Assembly: GCA_051005755.1 (NCBI GenBank)
Contig: JBPCJA010000194.1
Span: forward strand, 1 to 55,618
Direction of reading: 5' to 3'
Length of the DNA stretch: 55,618 nucleotides
Source: Solirubrobacteraceae bacterium
GTDB taxonomy: Bacteria > Actinomycetota > Thermoleophilia > Solirubrobacterales > Solirubrobacteraceae
Each line of letters begins with the position of its first letter. Position 1 is the stretch's first letter. The position numbers were made by a program, and so were the translations under genes. Shown piece by piece: positions 38,528 through 47,149 of the stretch. The notes beneath the pieces are model-generated. The model was given only the letters and a program-made list of their open reading frames with translations. It was not told the origin of the DNA and made no database searches.

Positions 38528-39625
38528 TCACGAGGTCGGCACGGGTGTTGTCGCGGGTCGGTCGTCGCCGTCGCATCCGGTGCTTGCGGTCACCCGCCGC
38601 CGTTGGCGCGCGGTGCGCAGGTCAATGCCGGTAAGGACACGGGCCAGAGCAAGGGCCATCGCGCCAAGGATCACACCGCCGACGTCGTCGAGGACGTAGT
38701 GCCACCCGAGGTAGATCGTGGCGGTCGCCGTCACGGCGAACCAGATCCACAACGCCATCCTCAGTCGTCTTCCGAGCCCGAGGAGGTGAGCCGACATCGC
38801 GGCGGTGAAGCTCATCGAGATGTGGAGCGAGGCAAAGGCCGCGATGCTCTGGGGCGTCCCGGTCGCGGGATCGTGAAGGAACGCGACCCGCTGGTCGAGC
38901 AGCACGCTCTGCAGATGGGTGACCTCGGAAGGCGGGAGAGCGGCGAAGGCGGCCGGTTCGACGTAGATGGGTCCCAGCGAGGGCAGCAGAAAGTAGCTCG
39001 CGGCACCCAGCAGCCAGTTGATCGACTGGGCGGTTGTGTAGAAGAGGCCCGCCTGCAGGTCGCGGCAGAAGACGAGGGCGAGGCCGATCGTTAGCGGCAG
39101 GAAGACGATGAAGGCCACGTAGGCGCTCGAGAGGACGTGCGTCGGGAGGCCTATCCCGAGGAGGGTGTGCAGCAGCGCGGCGGGATCGTTGCCGCCGAAC
39201 AGATTGCGATCGAGATCGGCCAGCTGGCGGTCGAAGAGGTCGCCGGGCCTGAGCAGGGGAACCACGCTCTTGAGGTTGCGATAGGCCATGTAGGTCGCGT
39301 AGAAGCCGACCAGCGCGCTGCCCGCGGCCACTCCCCGTCCGAGGGTCCAGCGCTCGCGCCGGACGCGCCGCATCGCCGCTCGCGACGGAGGAAAGCCCCC
39401 CGAGCGACCGGCGCGGACCACGATGTCGAGCCCCACCAGCACCACCGTCCCGCAGCCCACCAGGGCCAGGTACAGAGCGGCCACGTGATCGGGGTCTCGC
39501 AGCGGCAATTCCACCGCGTGGGTCGCCAGTAGCGCTGCGAGGACAGTGACGACGGCCACCACCGGGCCCGCCACCGTGTCGCGCCACCGGGCGGAGTGGG
39601 GCCACGACCGCGATCGCGTGGTCAC
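38528..39625 (-). CDS. PAP2_C-type integral membrane phosphotransferase (AUR1/IPC-synthase/SMS-like), copy 2 of a tandem pair
   Basis: GTG 39625 overlaps the upstream TGA (GTGA). Multiple TM helices. FASLHISMSF (SxH motif) and IYLGWHYVLDDVGGVILG (HYxxD motif). Highly similar to 39622-40707 along its whole length. Confidence 0.8.
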   Translation of the reverse strand: MTTRSRSWPHSARWRDTVAGPVVAVVTVLAALLATHAVELPLRDPDHVAALYLALVGCGTVVLVGLDIVVRAGRSGGFPPSRAAMRRVRRERWTLGRGVAAGSALVGFYATYMAYRNLKSVVPLLRPGDLFDRQLADLDRNLFGGNDPAALLHTLLGIGLPTHVLSSAYVAFIVFLPLTIGLALVFCRDLQAGLFYTTAQSINWLLGAASYFLLPSLGPIYVEPAAFAALPPSEVTHLQSVLLDQRVAFLHDPATGTPQSIAAFASLHISMSFTAAMSAHLLGLGRRLRMALWIWFAVTATATIYLGWHYVLDDVGGVILGAMALALARVLTGIDLRTARQRRRVTASTGCDGDDRPATTPVPTS

Positions 39626-40707
39626 GCCGGTGTGGGATTCGGCGTGGACGGTCGTCGGGCCGTGCGCACGTCGAAGCCGGTCAGGACAGAGGCCAGGGCG
39701 ACCGCCATCGCGCCGAGGATCAGGCCGCCGAGGTCGTCGAGGACGTAATGCCAGCCCAGGTAGATGGTGGCCGCGGTGGTCACGGCGAGCAGGACCCACG
39801 CCGCGATTTTGATGGGCCGCCCGAGCCTCAGCAGATGGACCACCAGCGCGGCGGTGAAGAAGATCGAGACGTGCAGCGAGGAGAACGCGGCGATGCTCTG
39901 CGCCGTGCCGGCTGCCGGGTCGCGCAGGAACTCGAGCCGCTGGTCGAACAGGACGCCCTGTAGTTGCGTGACGTCGGAGACCGGCAGGTTCGCGAAGACG
40001 GCGGGCTCCGCGTAGACCGGTCCCAGCGAGGGCAAGAGGAAATAGCTTCCCGCGCCCAGCAGCCAGTTGATCGACTGAGCCGTCGTGTAGAAGAGACCCG
40101 CCTGCAGGTCGCGCGAGAAGACAAGGGCGACGGCAAGCGTCCCCGGTATGAAGACGAAGAAGAGCATGTACGCGGCCGACAGGACGTGGGCGGGGATTCC
40201 TGTGCCGAGGAGGGCATGGAGCAGCGCGCCGGGATCGTTGCCGCCGAACAGACTGCGATCGAGATCGGCCAGCTGGCGGTCGAAGAGCTCCCCGGGCCGC
40301 AGCAGGGGAACCACGCTCTTGAGGTTGCGATACGCCAGGTAGGTGATGTAGAAGCTGACCAGGGCGCTGCCGACTGCGACTCCCCGCCCCAGGGTCCAGC
40401 GCTCACGCCGGACGCGCTGCATGGATGCTCGCGACGGCCGCAGCCTGCCCGAGCGACGACCCGCACGGACCACGACGTCGAGAACTACGAGCACCGCGAC
40501 AAGGCAGAGGATCAACACGAGACGTCGGCCGGCGACGTGGTCGGGATCCCGCAGCGGCAGCCCCGCCGCGTCGGTTGTAAGCAGCGCCGCGATGACCGAG
40601 ACCATCGCCACCGCCGGGCCGGCGACCAGCATGCGCCGCGGGAGTGGCTCGGGGGCGGCGGGCGGGGCCGTGGAAGCCGCCACGCGGCGTTCGTGCAGTG
40701 CGAGCAT
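39622..40707 (-). CDS. PAP2_C-type integral membrane phosphotransferase (AUR1/IPC-synthase/SMS-like), copy 1 of a tandem pair
   Basis: ATG 40707 (MLALHERR) inside track ORF 39622..41232; the upstream extension is not protein-like. FSSLHVSIFF and IYLGWHYVLDDLGGLILG. Shared blocks YRNLKSVVPLLRPG.LFDRQLADLDR.LFGGNDP and LQAGLFYTTAQSINWLLGA.SYFLLPSLGP.Y.EPA. Confidence 0.8.
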   Translation of the reverse strand: MLALHERRVAASTAPPAAPEPLPRRMLVAGPAVAMVSVIAALLTTDAAGLPLRDPDHVAGRRLVLILCLVAVLVVLDVVVRAGRRSGRLRPSRASMQRVRRERWTLGRGVAVGSALVSFYITYLAYRNLKSVVPLLRPGELFDRQLADLDRSLFGGNDPGALLHALLGTGIPAHVLSAAYMLFFVFIPGTLAVALVFSRDLQAGLFYTTAQSINWLLGAGSYFLLPSLGPVYAEPAVFANLPVSDVTQLQGVLFDQRLEFLRDPAAGTAQSIAAFSSLHVSIFFTAALVVHLLRLGRPIKIAAWVLLAVTTAATIYLGWHYVLDDLGGLILGAMAVALASVLTGFDVRTARRPSTPNPTPA

Positions 40708-41384
40708 CGAAGGGGACGTGCTCAGGTCTTGAGGCCGACGATCATGGGATATGCGCGGTCGACGCAACGCGTCGCAGTGATAGGAGGACACCTCGGACAG
40801 CCGTGGAGCGACGGGTTGCCAGAAACCGGTGTTTATCAGCCCAACGCTCTCAACGACGGCCCCTCGCTGCGAAGTCCAGACCACGCGAGCGCGCCGTTTC
40901 CGCCGGCCTTTCTGCGGGCCTATGGCACGGGCTGGCTCCGCCGCACCTGTAGGAACGCCGCCTTCGACGCCGCCGGAGTCCTGGGCAGGCCAAACGCCTG
41001 GCTTGTGACGTGCTCGCAGGACGCCGCCTCGAACGGGGATCCGAAGGCGTGCGCGGCGGATCGTAACGATGCTGGCGCAGCTCGTTCCCGAGGTCATGGC
41101 GTTGCAGCCGTCGCGGGTGCTGACGTCCGAAGCGAGCGCCGAGCGACTCGGCGGCGCGAGCCCCTCTCGTCGAGGACTCCGCTTGCGCATTGCGCGAGGA
41201 GGAGCCGTCTTGGGCTCCTTGTCTGACGCCAAGTCGTGGCCATCTGCGGCGGTGAGGGCGGCGGCGCAGATTCGTATAGCGGTGCCCGGGTACGCGCGCC
41301 GGTGTGCCGTCGGTGCGCTCGAGCTCGAGTTTTGGCGATCACCCCGCGGCGGGCCTTGCCGCGCATCCGCGTCAGGCTCGGCTG

Positions 41385-42203
41385 GTGCCGGTCACGGCTC
41401 TGACGTCCGCCGAGATCTCGTTACCGAGCGGGCCCGATGCGTTGCGTGTTCGGGAGCGGATCGCAGCCCTCGCCGACACCGTCGATCTTGTTGGACTGAC
41501 TGACAATCACGCCGGCCAACCGCGGATGTCTCCGCTTGCCGCGGTTGCGCTTGCGAGGGAGCAGGGCGTCGCGACGGTCGTTCACGTTTCGTGTCGCGAT
41601 CGCAATCGGCTGGCGCTGCAGTCCCAGGTCGTGGGGGCCGCCGCGCTCGGATCTGAAGGTGTCCTGTGTCTGTACGGTGATCCGGTCGAAGGAGTTGCGC
41701 GCGTCAAGGACCTCACCGCGACGGCGTTGATCGGGCAAGCCAAGGCGTGGGCCGCGCCCCACACGCTCGCCGTGGGAGCGGTCGTCAACCCGTTTGCGCC
41801 GGACGTCGATCGCGAGGTACGCCTGCTCGAGCGAAAGATCGCCGCCGGCGTGGACTTCCTGCAATCGCAGATGATCTTTGACCTCGAAGCGCTGCGCGTC
41901 TTCCTTGACGGCGTCGGCGACCTGCTCGTCGGCGTGCGCTTCTACGCCAGCGTCGCGCTGCTACGCGATCAGCGCATGGCCGATCACGCACGCGCCCTGC
42001 CCGGCTGTCTGATCCCCGAGCGCGCATATCGGCAGATCGGCATCGGCGGGGGAACAGCGCTCGCCTCTGAGCTTGCGACGGAACTGGCCGGCATCTCGGG
42101 GGTCGACGCGCTGCATATCTTCCCGCTCGGAGCCGAGACGGCAACCCGCGATGTCGCCGCGGCATTCCGCACTGCCCGCGGCGCCCCAGCTCAGCGCCGG
42201 TAG
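41385..42203 (+). CDS. Methylenetetrahydrofolate reductase (MetF/MTHFR) family protein
   Basis: Frame of ORF 41304..42203. GTG 41385 (VPVTALTSAEISLP) is preferred over the track start. VHVSCRDRNRLALQSQVVGAAALGSEGVLCLYGDP, VNPFAPD, ERKIAAGVDFLQSQMIFD. Confidence 0.75.
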   Translation: MPVTALTSAEISLPSGPDALRVRERIAALADTVDLVGLTDNHAGQPRMSPLAAVALAREQGVATVVHVSCRDRNRLALQSQVVGAAALGSEGVLCLYGDPVEGVARVKDLTATALIGQAKAWAAPHTLAVGAVVNPFAPDVDREVRLLERKIAAGVDFLQSQMIFDLEALRVFLDGVGDLLVGVRFYASVALLRDQRMADHARALPGCLIPERAYRQIGIGGGTALASELATELAGISGVDALHIFPLGAETATRDVAAAFRTARGAPAQRR

Positions 42204-42682
42204 ACGAGGGCTCTGCACCACGCGGAGCTCCGACCCACGTTGCCTCGCGCGCTTCTGCCACACCGAACACATCCCCTCATCGCCATCGACCCGCCGCTCC
42301 TCCTGGACGATTGCGTCAGCCGACTGCACCCGCTCGCGCAATGCGCGAATGGGAGCGGTCCGAGACGCCCCGGCCGAGTGCCGCATCTCGTCCAACGACG
42401 CCGGCTCGGTCGGCGCGACCATGTCCTCGACCGCAGCTGCTCACGACCGCCTCGATGGCGGGTTGCGGCAACGAGGACTTCTCAGCATTGACCAAGGTGG
42501 TGCTGCTGCCCAGCTCATTCGCCGGCAGCTCGGGCCGCTGACCCGATTGCCCATCCGCGCTCGTTGCCTGTGCCTTTTTGCGGTTGTCACGTCGGCGCCG
42601 ACGTGGTGCTGTACGACACCTCTCAACGCCAAGCGCCTTGCCGGCGGATGCGACCGGGGCTGAGAGGGCTGCGTCGGGTTCG

Positions 42683-43951
42683 TCAGCCGGCCTCGTCGGC
42701 GCGTGCCAGTCGCGCCGCCCGGGCCAGCAGGTAGCGCTGTTCGGGCGAGCTGGAGGTGCGGCGCGCGGCGCCCTGGTAGGCACGCTGGGCGGCGGCGCGG
42801 TCGCCGGCCATCTCGAGCAGGTGGGCGCGCACGGCCTCGAGGCGGTGGCCGTGGTCGAGGCTGCCGTCGGCGGCCAGCTGCTCAACCCTCCGCAGGCCCG
42901 CCTCCGGACCCTCGACCATCGCCAACGCGACGGCGTGATTCAGCCACACCACCGGATTGTCCGAGCGACGGGCGAGCAGCTCGTAGAGCGCCAGGATCTG
43001 CGGCCAGTCGGTCTCGCCGGCGCTCGGCGCCTCGTCATGGACGGCGGCGATCGCGGCCTGTAGCCGATACGGGCCCGCGGGCGACCGTGCGAGCGCCGTC
43101 TCGATCAGGGCGACACCCTCGGCGATCTGCTCGCGGTCCCACTGGCTGCGGTCCTGCTCGGCCAGCGGGATGAGCGCACCGTCAGCCGCGGTCCTTGCCG
43201 TCCGTCGCGCGTCGGTCAGCAGCATGAGTGCCAGCAGGCCTGCGACCTCGCCCTGGTCGGGCAGGAGCCGATGCGTCATCCGCGCGAGCCGAATCGCCTC
43301 GGCGGCCAGCTCGACGCGGTGCAGGCTCGGCCCGGTCGACGCGACGTAGCCCTCGTTGAAGATCAGGTACAGCACGTGGAGCACCGCCTGCAGCCGCTGC
43401 GGACGCTCGGCCGGGGGCGGCAGCCTGAACGGCCGGTTCGATGCCTTGACCTGCTGCTTCGCGCGGCTGATCCGCTGCGCCATCGTCTTCTCCGGCACGA
43501 GGAACGCGTGGGCGATCTCGGCTGTGGTCAGGCCGCCGACGGCGCGCAGCGCGAGCGCGATCTGCGACGCCGGCGTGAGCGCCGGGTGGCAGCACAGGAA
43601 CAGCAGGATCAGCCCGTCGTCGGCGTCGGTCGGCGGCGGCCCGGCCCCGGCGGCCGGAGCCGCGAAGTCGGCCGGCAGGACCCACGAGTGGACCTCGTCC
43701 TCGCGACGCTGACGGGCCTGCTCGGCGCGCAGCAGGTCGGTCAGGCGGCGCGATCCGACCGTGATCAGCCAGGCGACGGGATTGTCGGGAAGCCCCTCAC
43801 CGGGCCATTGCGTGGCGGCCGCCAGCAACGCCTCCTGGACGGCGTCCTCGGCGGTGTCGAAGTGGCCGTAGCGACGGACCAGCGCGCCGAGGACCTGCGG
43901 CGCGCACTCGCGCAGCAGGTCCTCCAGCTCGGCGCTGCTGGAGGGTCGCAC
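42683..43951 (-). CDS. ECF-type RNA polymerase sigma factor with long C-terminal helical-repeat extension
   Basis: GTG 43951 (VRPSSSAELEDLL). Region 2: DTAEDAVQEALLAAATQWP...NPVAWLITVGSRRLTDLLR. Region 4: LILLFLCCHPALTPASQIALALRAVGGLTTAEIAHAFLVPEKTMAQRISRAK. It lies 8 nt downstream of the YCII gene, which is the usual partner layout. Confidence 0.85.
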   Translation of the reverse strand: MRPSSSAELEDLLRECAPQVLGALVRRYGHFDTAEDAVQEALLAAATQWPGEGLPDNPVAWLITVGSRRLTDLLRAEQARQRREDEVHSWVLPADFAAPAAGAGPPPTDADDGLILLFLCCHPALTPASQIALALRAVGGLTTAEIAHAFLVPEKTMAQRISRAKQQVKASNRPFRLPPPAERPQRLQAVLHVLYLIFNEGYVASTGPSLHRVELAAEAIRLARMTHRLLPDQGEVAGLLALMLLTDARRTARTAADGALIPLAEQDRSQWDREQIAEGVALIETALARSPAGPYRLQAAIAAVHDEAPSAGETDWPQILALYELLARRSDNPVVWLNHAVALAMVEGPEAGLRRVEQLAADGSLDHGHRLEAVRAHLLEMAGDRAAAQRAYQGAARRTSSSPEQRYLLARAARLARADEAG

Positions 43952-43959
43952 CGGCGGCG

Positions 43960-44376
43960 CTATGCCTCCGTCGAGGCTGGCGCCGACTGGATCGGGCGGA
44001 TGTCGACCGGCAGACCGTCGACGCTGCCGCCGGGGCCCGGGCACGTGGTGACGTAGGCAGCGATCTCGGTCGCGCGGTCGATGCCGTCGACGTCGACGAT
44101 CCAGAATCCGGCGAGGACCTCCTTGCTCTCCGCGTACGGGCCGTCGGTCACGACCGCCTCGCCGTCGACGCGCTGGACGCGACGCGCGTGCGCTGGATCG
44201 CTCAGGCCCTGGCCGTCGACCCACTCGCCGCGGGCGACGAGGTCCTCGTTGAGCTCGTTCATGAACGTGAACATCGCCTCGAGCTCCTGCGGCGCCCAGG
44301 TCGGCACGTCGGTTTCCTTGCCCGCCATCGCGTCGTAGTGCTGCTGGGAGGCCTCCATGATGATCATGTAGCGCAT
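43960..44376 (-). CDS. YCII-related (DGPF) domain protein
   Basis: ATG 44376, preceded by gaaaggaaca (AGGA). MRYMIIMEASQQHYDAM, VVTDGPYAESKEVLAGFWIVDVD. Confidence 0.85.
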   Translation of the reverse strand: MRYMIIMEASQQHYDAMAGKETDVPTWAPQELEAMFTFMNELNEDLVARGEWVDGQGLSDPAHARRVQRVDGEAVVTDGPYAESKEVLAGFWIVDVDGIDRATEIAAYVTTCPGPGGSVDGLPVDIRPIQSAPASTEA

Positions 44377-44693
44377 GATTGTTCCTTTCAGGTTCGGAGC
44401 CCGGATGGCCCCGTTCAATGGCTACGTCGGAGCCGCCTGCCGCTTCTCTACATGGTCGCCGAGATGCCTTGCAGCGGGCCCGCCACCTCGTCGGGGGTCG
44501 ATGTAGTCGCCGACGGACTGGAATCGATCGAGCACTCAGGGCACGCCGATGACCGAGACATCGTTCTCGGCACCAAAGAGGACGCGAGGTCGTTCACGAC
44601 CCGCTAGCGGCCGGTCTTGGTCACAACTCGCAGCTGATGGGCATGGCCGAAGAGCAGCTCAGTGCGGGGCCCGAATTGCGCAGCCGCGGCAGA

Positions 44694-44993
44694 TCAGTCG
44701 AGATCGAACGCGGCGTGGATGGCCGCTGTCAAGGCGCGTTCCTGGGCGGGGAGCAGCACGCCGATCTGGGTGCCGAGCGCTGTGGTCGGGACGGTCACGA
44801 TGTTGTCGCAGCTCACGACGCTGGCTTGGGTCAGACCGTTGGCCGGTCCGATCGGCACCTCGGTGGACAGGCCTCTTGGCGTTGTGGTGATCGGCGCCAC
44901 CGTCACACGTGTGAGATGGGGGCGTACCAGCTCTCGCGTCAACACGAGCACCGGACGCTGCTTGTCGAGTTGCGCGAGGTGGATCGGGTGCAC
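44694..44993 (-). CDS. mazF: MazF/PemK-family type II toxin (endoribonuclease)
   Basis: GTG 44993. LDKQRPVLVLTRELVRPHLTRVTVAPITTTPRGLSTEVPIGPANGLTQASVVSCDNIVTV. 1-nt overlap with the antitoxin stop. Confidence 0.82.
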   Translation of the reverse strand: MHPIHLAQLDKQRPVLVLTRELVRPHLTRVTVAPITTTPRGLSTEVPIGPANGLTQASVVSCDNIVTVPTTALGTQIGVLLPAQERALTAAIHAAFDLD

Positions 44994-45226
44994 TACTCGA
45001 GATCGAGCGAGTGGCCGGCGACATGTCGCGCCAGGCTGTCCATGTCGGGATCATCGCCGGCTCCCGCCAGAATGGCAGCATCGCGAGCCGCGATCGCGCG
45101 GCGACGTTCGCGCTCCAGCGCGACCGTCACGACGGCTGCCCTGCTGCTGGCTTGACCGGCACTGACCACCCCGTCGACAAACTCGACGATGTCCTCAGGC
45201 AGACGAACCGCGATCTGCTTGCTCAT
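44993..45226 (-). CDS. Ribbon-helix-helix type antitoxin (MazE-like partner)
   Basis: MSKQIAVRLPEDIVEFVDGVVSAGQASSRAAVVTVALE is an RHH beta-strand plus helices. 77 aa with an acidic C-terminus, directly upstream of the toxin. Confidence 0.78.
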   Translation of the reverse strand: MSKQIAVRLPEDIVEFVDGVVSAGQASSRAAVVTVALERERRRAIAARDAAILAGAGDDPDMDSLARHVAGHSLDLE

Positions 45227-45278
45227 CCCAACACGGTACCACGCTGGGATGCGATCGTTTGCACCGCGATCTCGTCCG

Positions 45279-45755
45279 TCAGGGCGATTCGACCAGCTCT
45301 GCGAGCCGCGCGAGCGCCTCTCGCCAGCCTAGCTCGTTGTCGGCGGGCGAGATCCCCTCCGGGAGGCGGTTGTGTACCGCGACGAGCTCGGTGCCGCCGT
45401 CTGCGTCGGAGAGGGTGATGGTGGTCATCATCTCGCCGCGCATCGCGGGATCGTCGCTCTCGAACTCGTCCGCCTCCACGACCAGCTCGTTGGGAACGAG
45501 TCTGACGAACCGGCCGCGGTAGGTGTCGGTGCGCCCGCTGGTCTTACCGGCGCGATCGGGAGCGTCGTACGTCAGCGAGATCCTGACCGCACCCCCCTCT
45601 CGAGCCTCGAATTCATGCACCTCGCTGGTCATCCCGGCCGGCACCCTCCAGCGTGCGACCGCCGTCGGATCGACCAGTGCACCGTAGACGCGATCTCGAG
45701 GCGCATGGATCAATCGCCGCATCCGCGTTGAGCTCACGCCCATACGGTCGCACAC
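45279..45755 (-). CDS. SRPBCC-superfamily protein (AHSA1/START-like)
   Basis: RLIHAPRDRVYGALVDPTAVARW, GGAVRISL, TTITLSDADGGTELVAVH, GWREALARLAELVE. The start may be an internal ATG (MGVSS or MRRLIH). Confidence 0.78.
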   Translation of the reverse strand: MCDRMGVSSTRMRRLIHAPRDRVYGALVDPTAVARWRVPAGMTSEVHEFEAREGGAVRISLTYDAPDRAGKTSGRTDTYRGRFVRLVPNELVVEADEFESDDPAMRGEMMTTITLSDADGGTELVAVHNRLPEGISPADNELGWREALARLAELVESP

Positions 45756-45814
45756 GGGGCTTGCGTCCGGCAGGAGCGCCCCGCGACGCGTCGCGGGGCG
45801 CCCGAGGTCGGCAG

Positions 45815-46225
45815 CTAGGACGTCGGCGGCGCTTCGACCACCGCGATGTGGTTGCCATCCGGGTCACGCAGCATGAACATCAACGGCGCACCGGGGATTC
45901 GGGTGAGCTCCTGGTCGACGTCGATCCCGCCGACGGCGCTCAGGCCGGCATGGTCACCGGCCACGTCGGCTGACTCGACGCCGATGGAGCTGCCGCCGGG
46001 CTGGGCGCCGCCCATCGGCGGATTGAGCGCCAGACGGGCGCTTGAGCCCGGCGGGGCCACCTCGATCCAGCGGCCCTCGTCGTGTTCGCCGAAGCGCACG
46101 TCGGCCCGCAGCTCGAACCCGAGCTTGTCGGTGTAGAAGGCGACGGCTGCGTCCTGGTCGGAGACGACGAACATGGCGACGCCGATGTTCGAGATGGTGG
46201 TGTGGGTGCTGGTGAGATCGCTCAT
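45815..46225 (-). CDS. VOC-family (glyoxalase/bleomycin-resistance fold) protein
   Basis: NIGVAMFVVSDQDAAVAFYTDKLGFEL, RWIEVAPPG, FMLRDPDGNHIAVVE. Confidence 0.85.
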   Translation of the reverse strand: MSDLTSTHTTISNIGVAMFVVSDQDAAVAFYTDKLGFELRADVRFGEHDEGRWIEVAPPGSSARLALNPPMGGAQPGGSSIGVESADVAGDHAGLSAVGGIDVDQELTRIPGAPLMFMLRDPDGNHIAVVEAPPTS

Positions 46226-46256
46226 GTGTACGAAGACCTGATGCGCCGCCAGAACT

Positions 46257-46400
46257 CATCGCTCACCGCCACTTTTCTCGTCGATCGCGCGCGGGCTGAC
46301 CAACAGCTCGCCCGCAACCTCCCTGGAGGTCGCCCCCTCCCGACGAGCCGTGCGATGTGCAGCTGCTGCGGCGTGAGCTCGACCACGGTCTCGGCGCTCC
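46257..46400 (-). pseudogene. LuxR-type HTH remnant split between two reading frames
   Basis: Frame of ORF 46222..46542 reads ELTPQQLHIARLVGRG and then nonsense. The adjacent frame reads ATSREVAGELLVSPRAIDEK. Together these recreate the LTxxExxxLxLVxxGxSxxEIAxxLxxSxxTV pattern. Confidence 0.4.
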
Positions 46401-46595
46401 TGCGGGCCACGGCGAGGTGGCCTGGGGCGACGTCGAAGGTCGAGCGGCGTGAGCGATCATGGCCATGACGATGGCGGGCGGCGACCGCCGGGCGGGTGAG
46501 CTTTGCCATGCCTGAGCTGACGGCCGCGGCGGCGCCGCGCAACGTTTCGCGGCCTGGGCAGTTTCAGCCACATCAAGCGCTATCTCGTCGCCCTT

Positions 46596-46961
46596 GTGGC
46601 ACTCACTACTCTCGCCGCCGGGGCCGCCCCGGCGGCCGCCGCGACCCTCAGCGGCCCATCACGGCTGCACGTATTGCAGCAGGTCACCTACCGCGCCACC
46701 GGCCTGCCGGCCGGCAGCTACGCGCTGCTCATCGAGCGCACGAGCAGCCGCGGCGCGCGCTGCACGGCGCATCTCGCCGCCCGCCGCCAGGCCTCCGGCG
46801 TGGAGCTCTTCCACGGCAGCCTCCCCGACGGGCTGCAGTGCGTCCGCGGCTCGCAGCAGTTCAGCACCGGCGTGCGCCCGGGCGCCTACCGCGTGCTCGT
46901 GCGCGCGGTCGCAGGCAACGGGCGGGCCGTCGCCGGCCGGTCGGTCCGCGTCGTGGGCTGA
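46596..46961 (+). CDS. Small hypothetical protein with signal-peptide-like N-terminus (121 aa)
   Basis: GTG 46596. (M)ALTTLAAGAAPAAAATLSG, then beta-rich sequence SRLHVLQQVTYRATGLPAGSYALLIERTSS...GAYRVLVRAVAGNGRAV. No family recognised. Confidence 0.5.
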   Translation: MALTTLAAGAAPAAAATLSGPSRLHVLQQVTYRATGLPAGSYALLIERTSSRGARCTAHLAARRQASGVELFHGSLPDGLQCVRGSQQFSTGVRPGAYRVLVRAVAGNGRAVAGRSVRVVG

Positions 46962-47012
46962 CGCGGTGCCCAGCCGGCTGGATAAGCGGATTGCGTGGGC
47001 GAGCCAGGCTAG

Positions 47013-47149
47013 GTAGGAGCGCCGGCGGTGCGGCTTGTGGCGGTCAGCGTCGAACATGGCCGGTGCGTCTGGGTGTGCTGGCCGGCGAGATCGCGATCGG
47101 CGAGGACTTCGACGAGCCGTTGCCCGAGTTCGAGCCGTACACGACGTGA
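47013..47149 (+). pseudogene. Decayed Phd/YefM-like antitoxin (5'-truncated and frameshifted)
   Basis: One frame (47013-47060) reads VGAPAVRLVAVSVEHG directly after a TAG. Another frame (47066-47149) reads RLGVLAGEIAIGEDFDEPLPEFEPYTT and stops with GTGA coupling to vapC. Both resemble the C-terminal half of this antitoxin type. The N-terminal ~40 aa are absent. Confidence 0.5.

Noticed and set aside
40708-41232. N-terminal extension of track ORF 39622..41232 (MASDKEPKTAPPRAMRKRSP...).
   Set aside because: It is not protein-like and has lower GC3. The paralogue alignment with 38528-39625 begins near MLALHERR / VTTRSRSW, so the start was set to ATG 40707.
41961-42422. Track ORF 41961..42422 (-) with a protein-like N-terminal half.
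   Set aside because: Its 3' half runs antisense through the convincing MTHFR-family gene. It is treated as part of a decayed region (see the finding at 42204-42682) rather than a gene.
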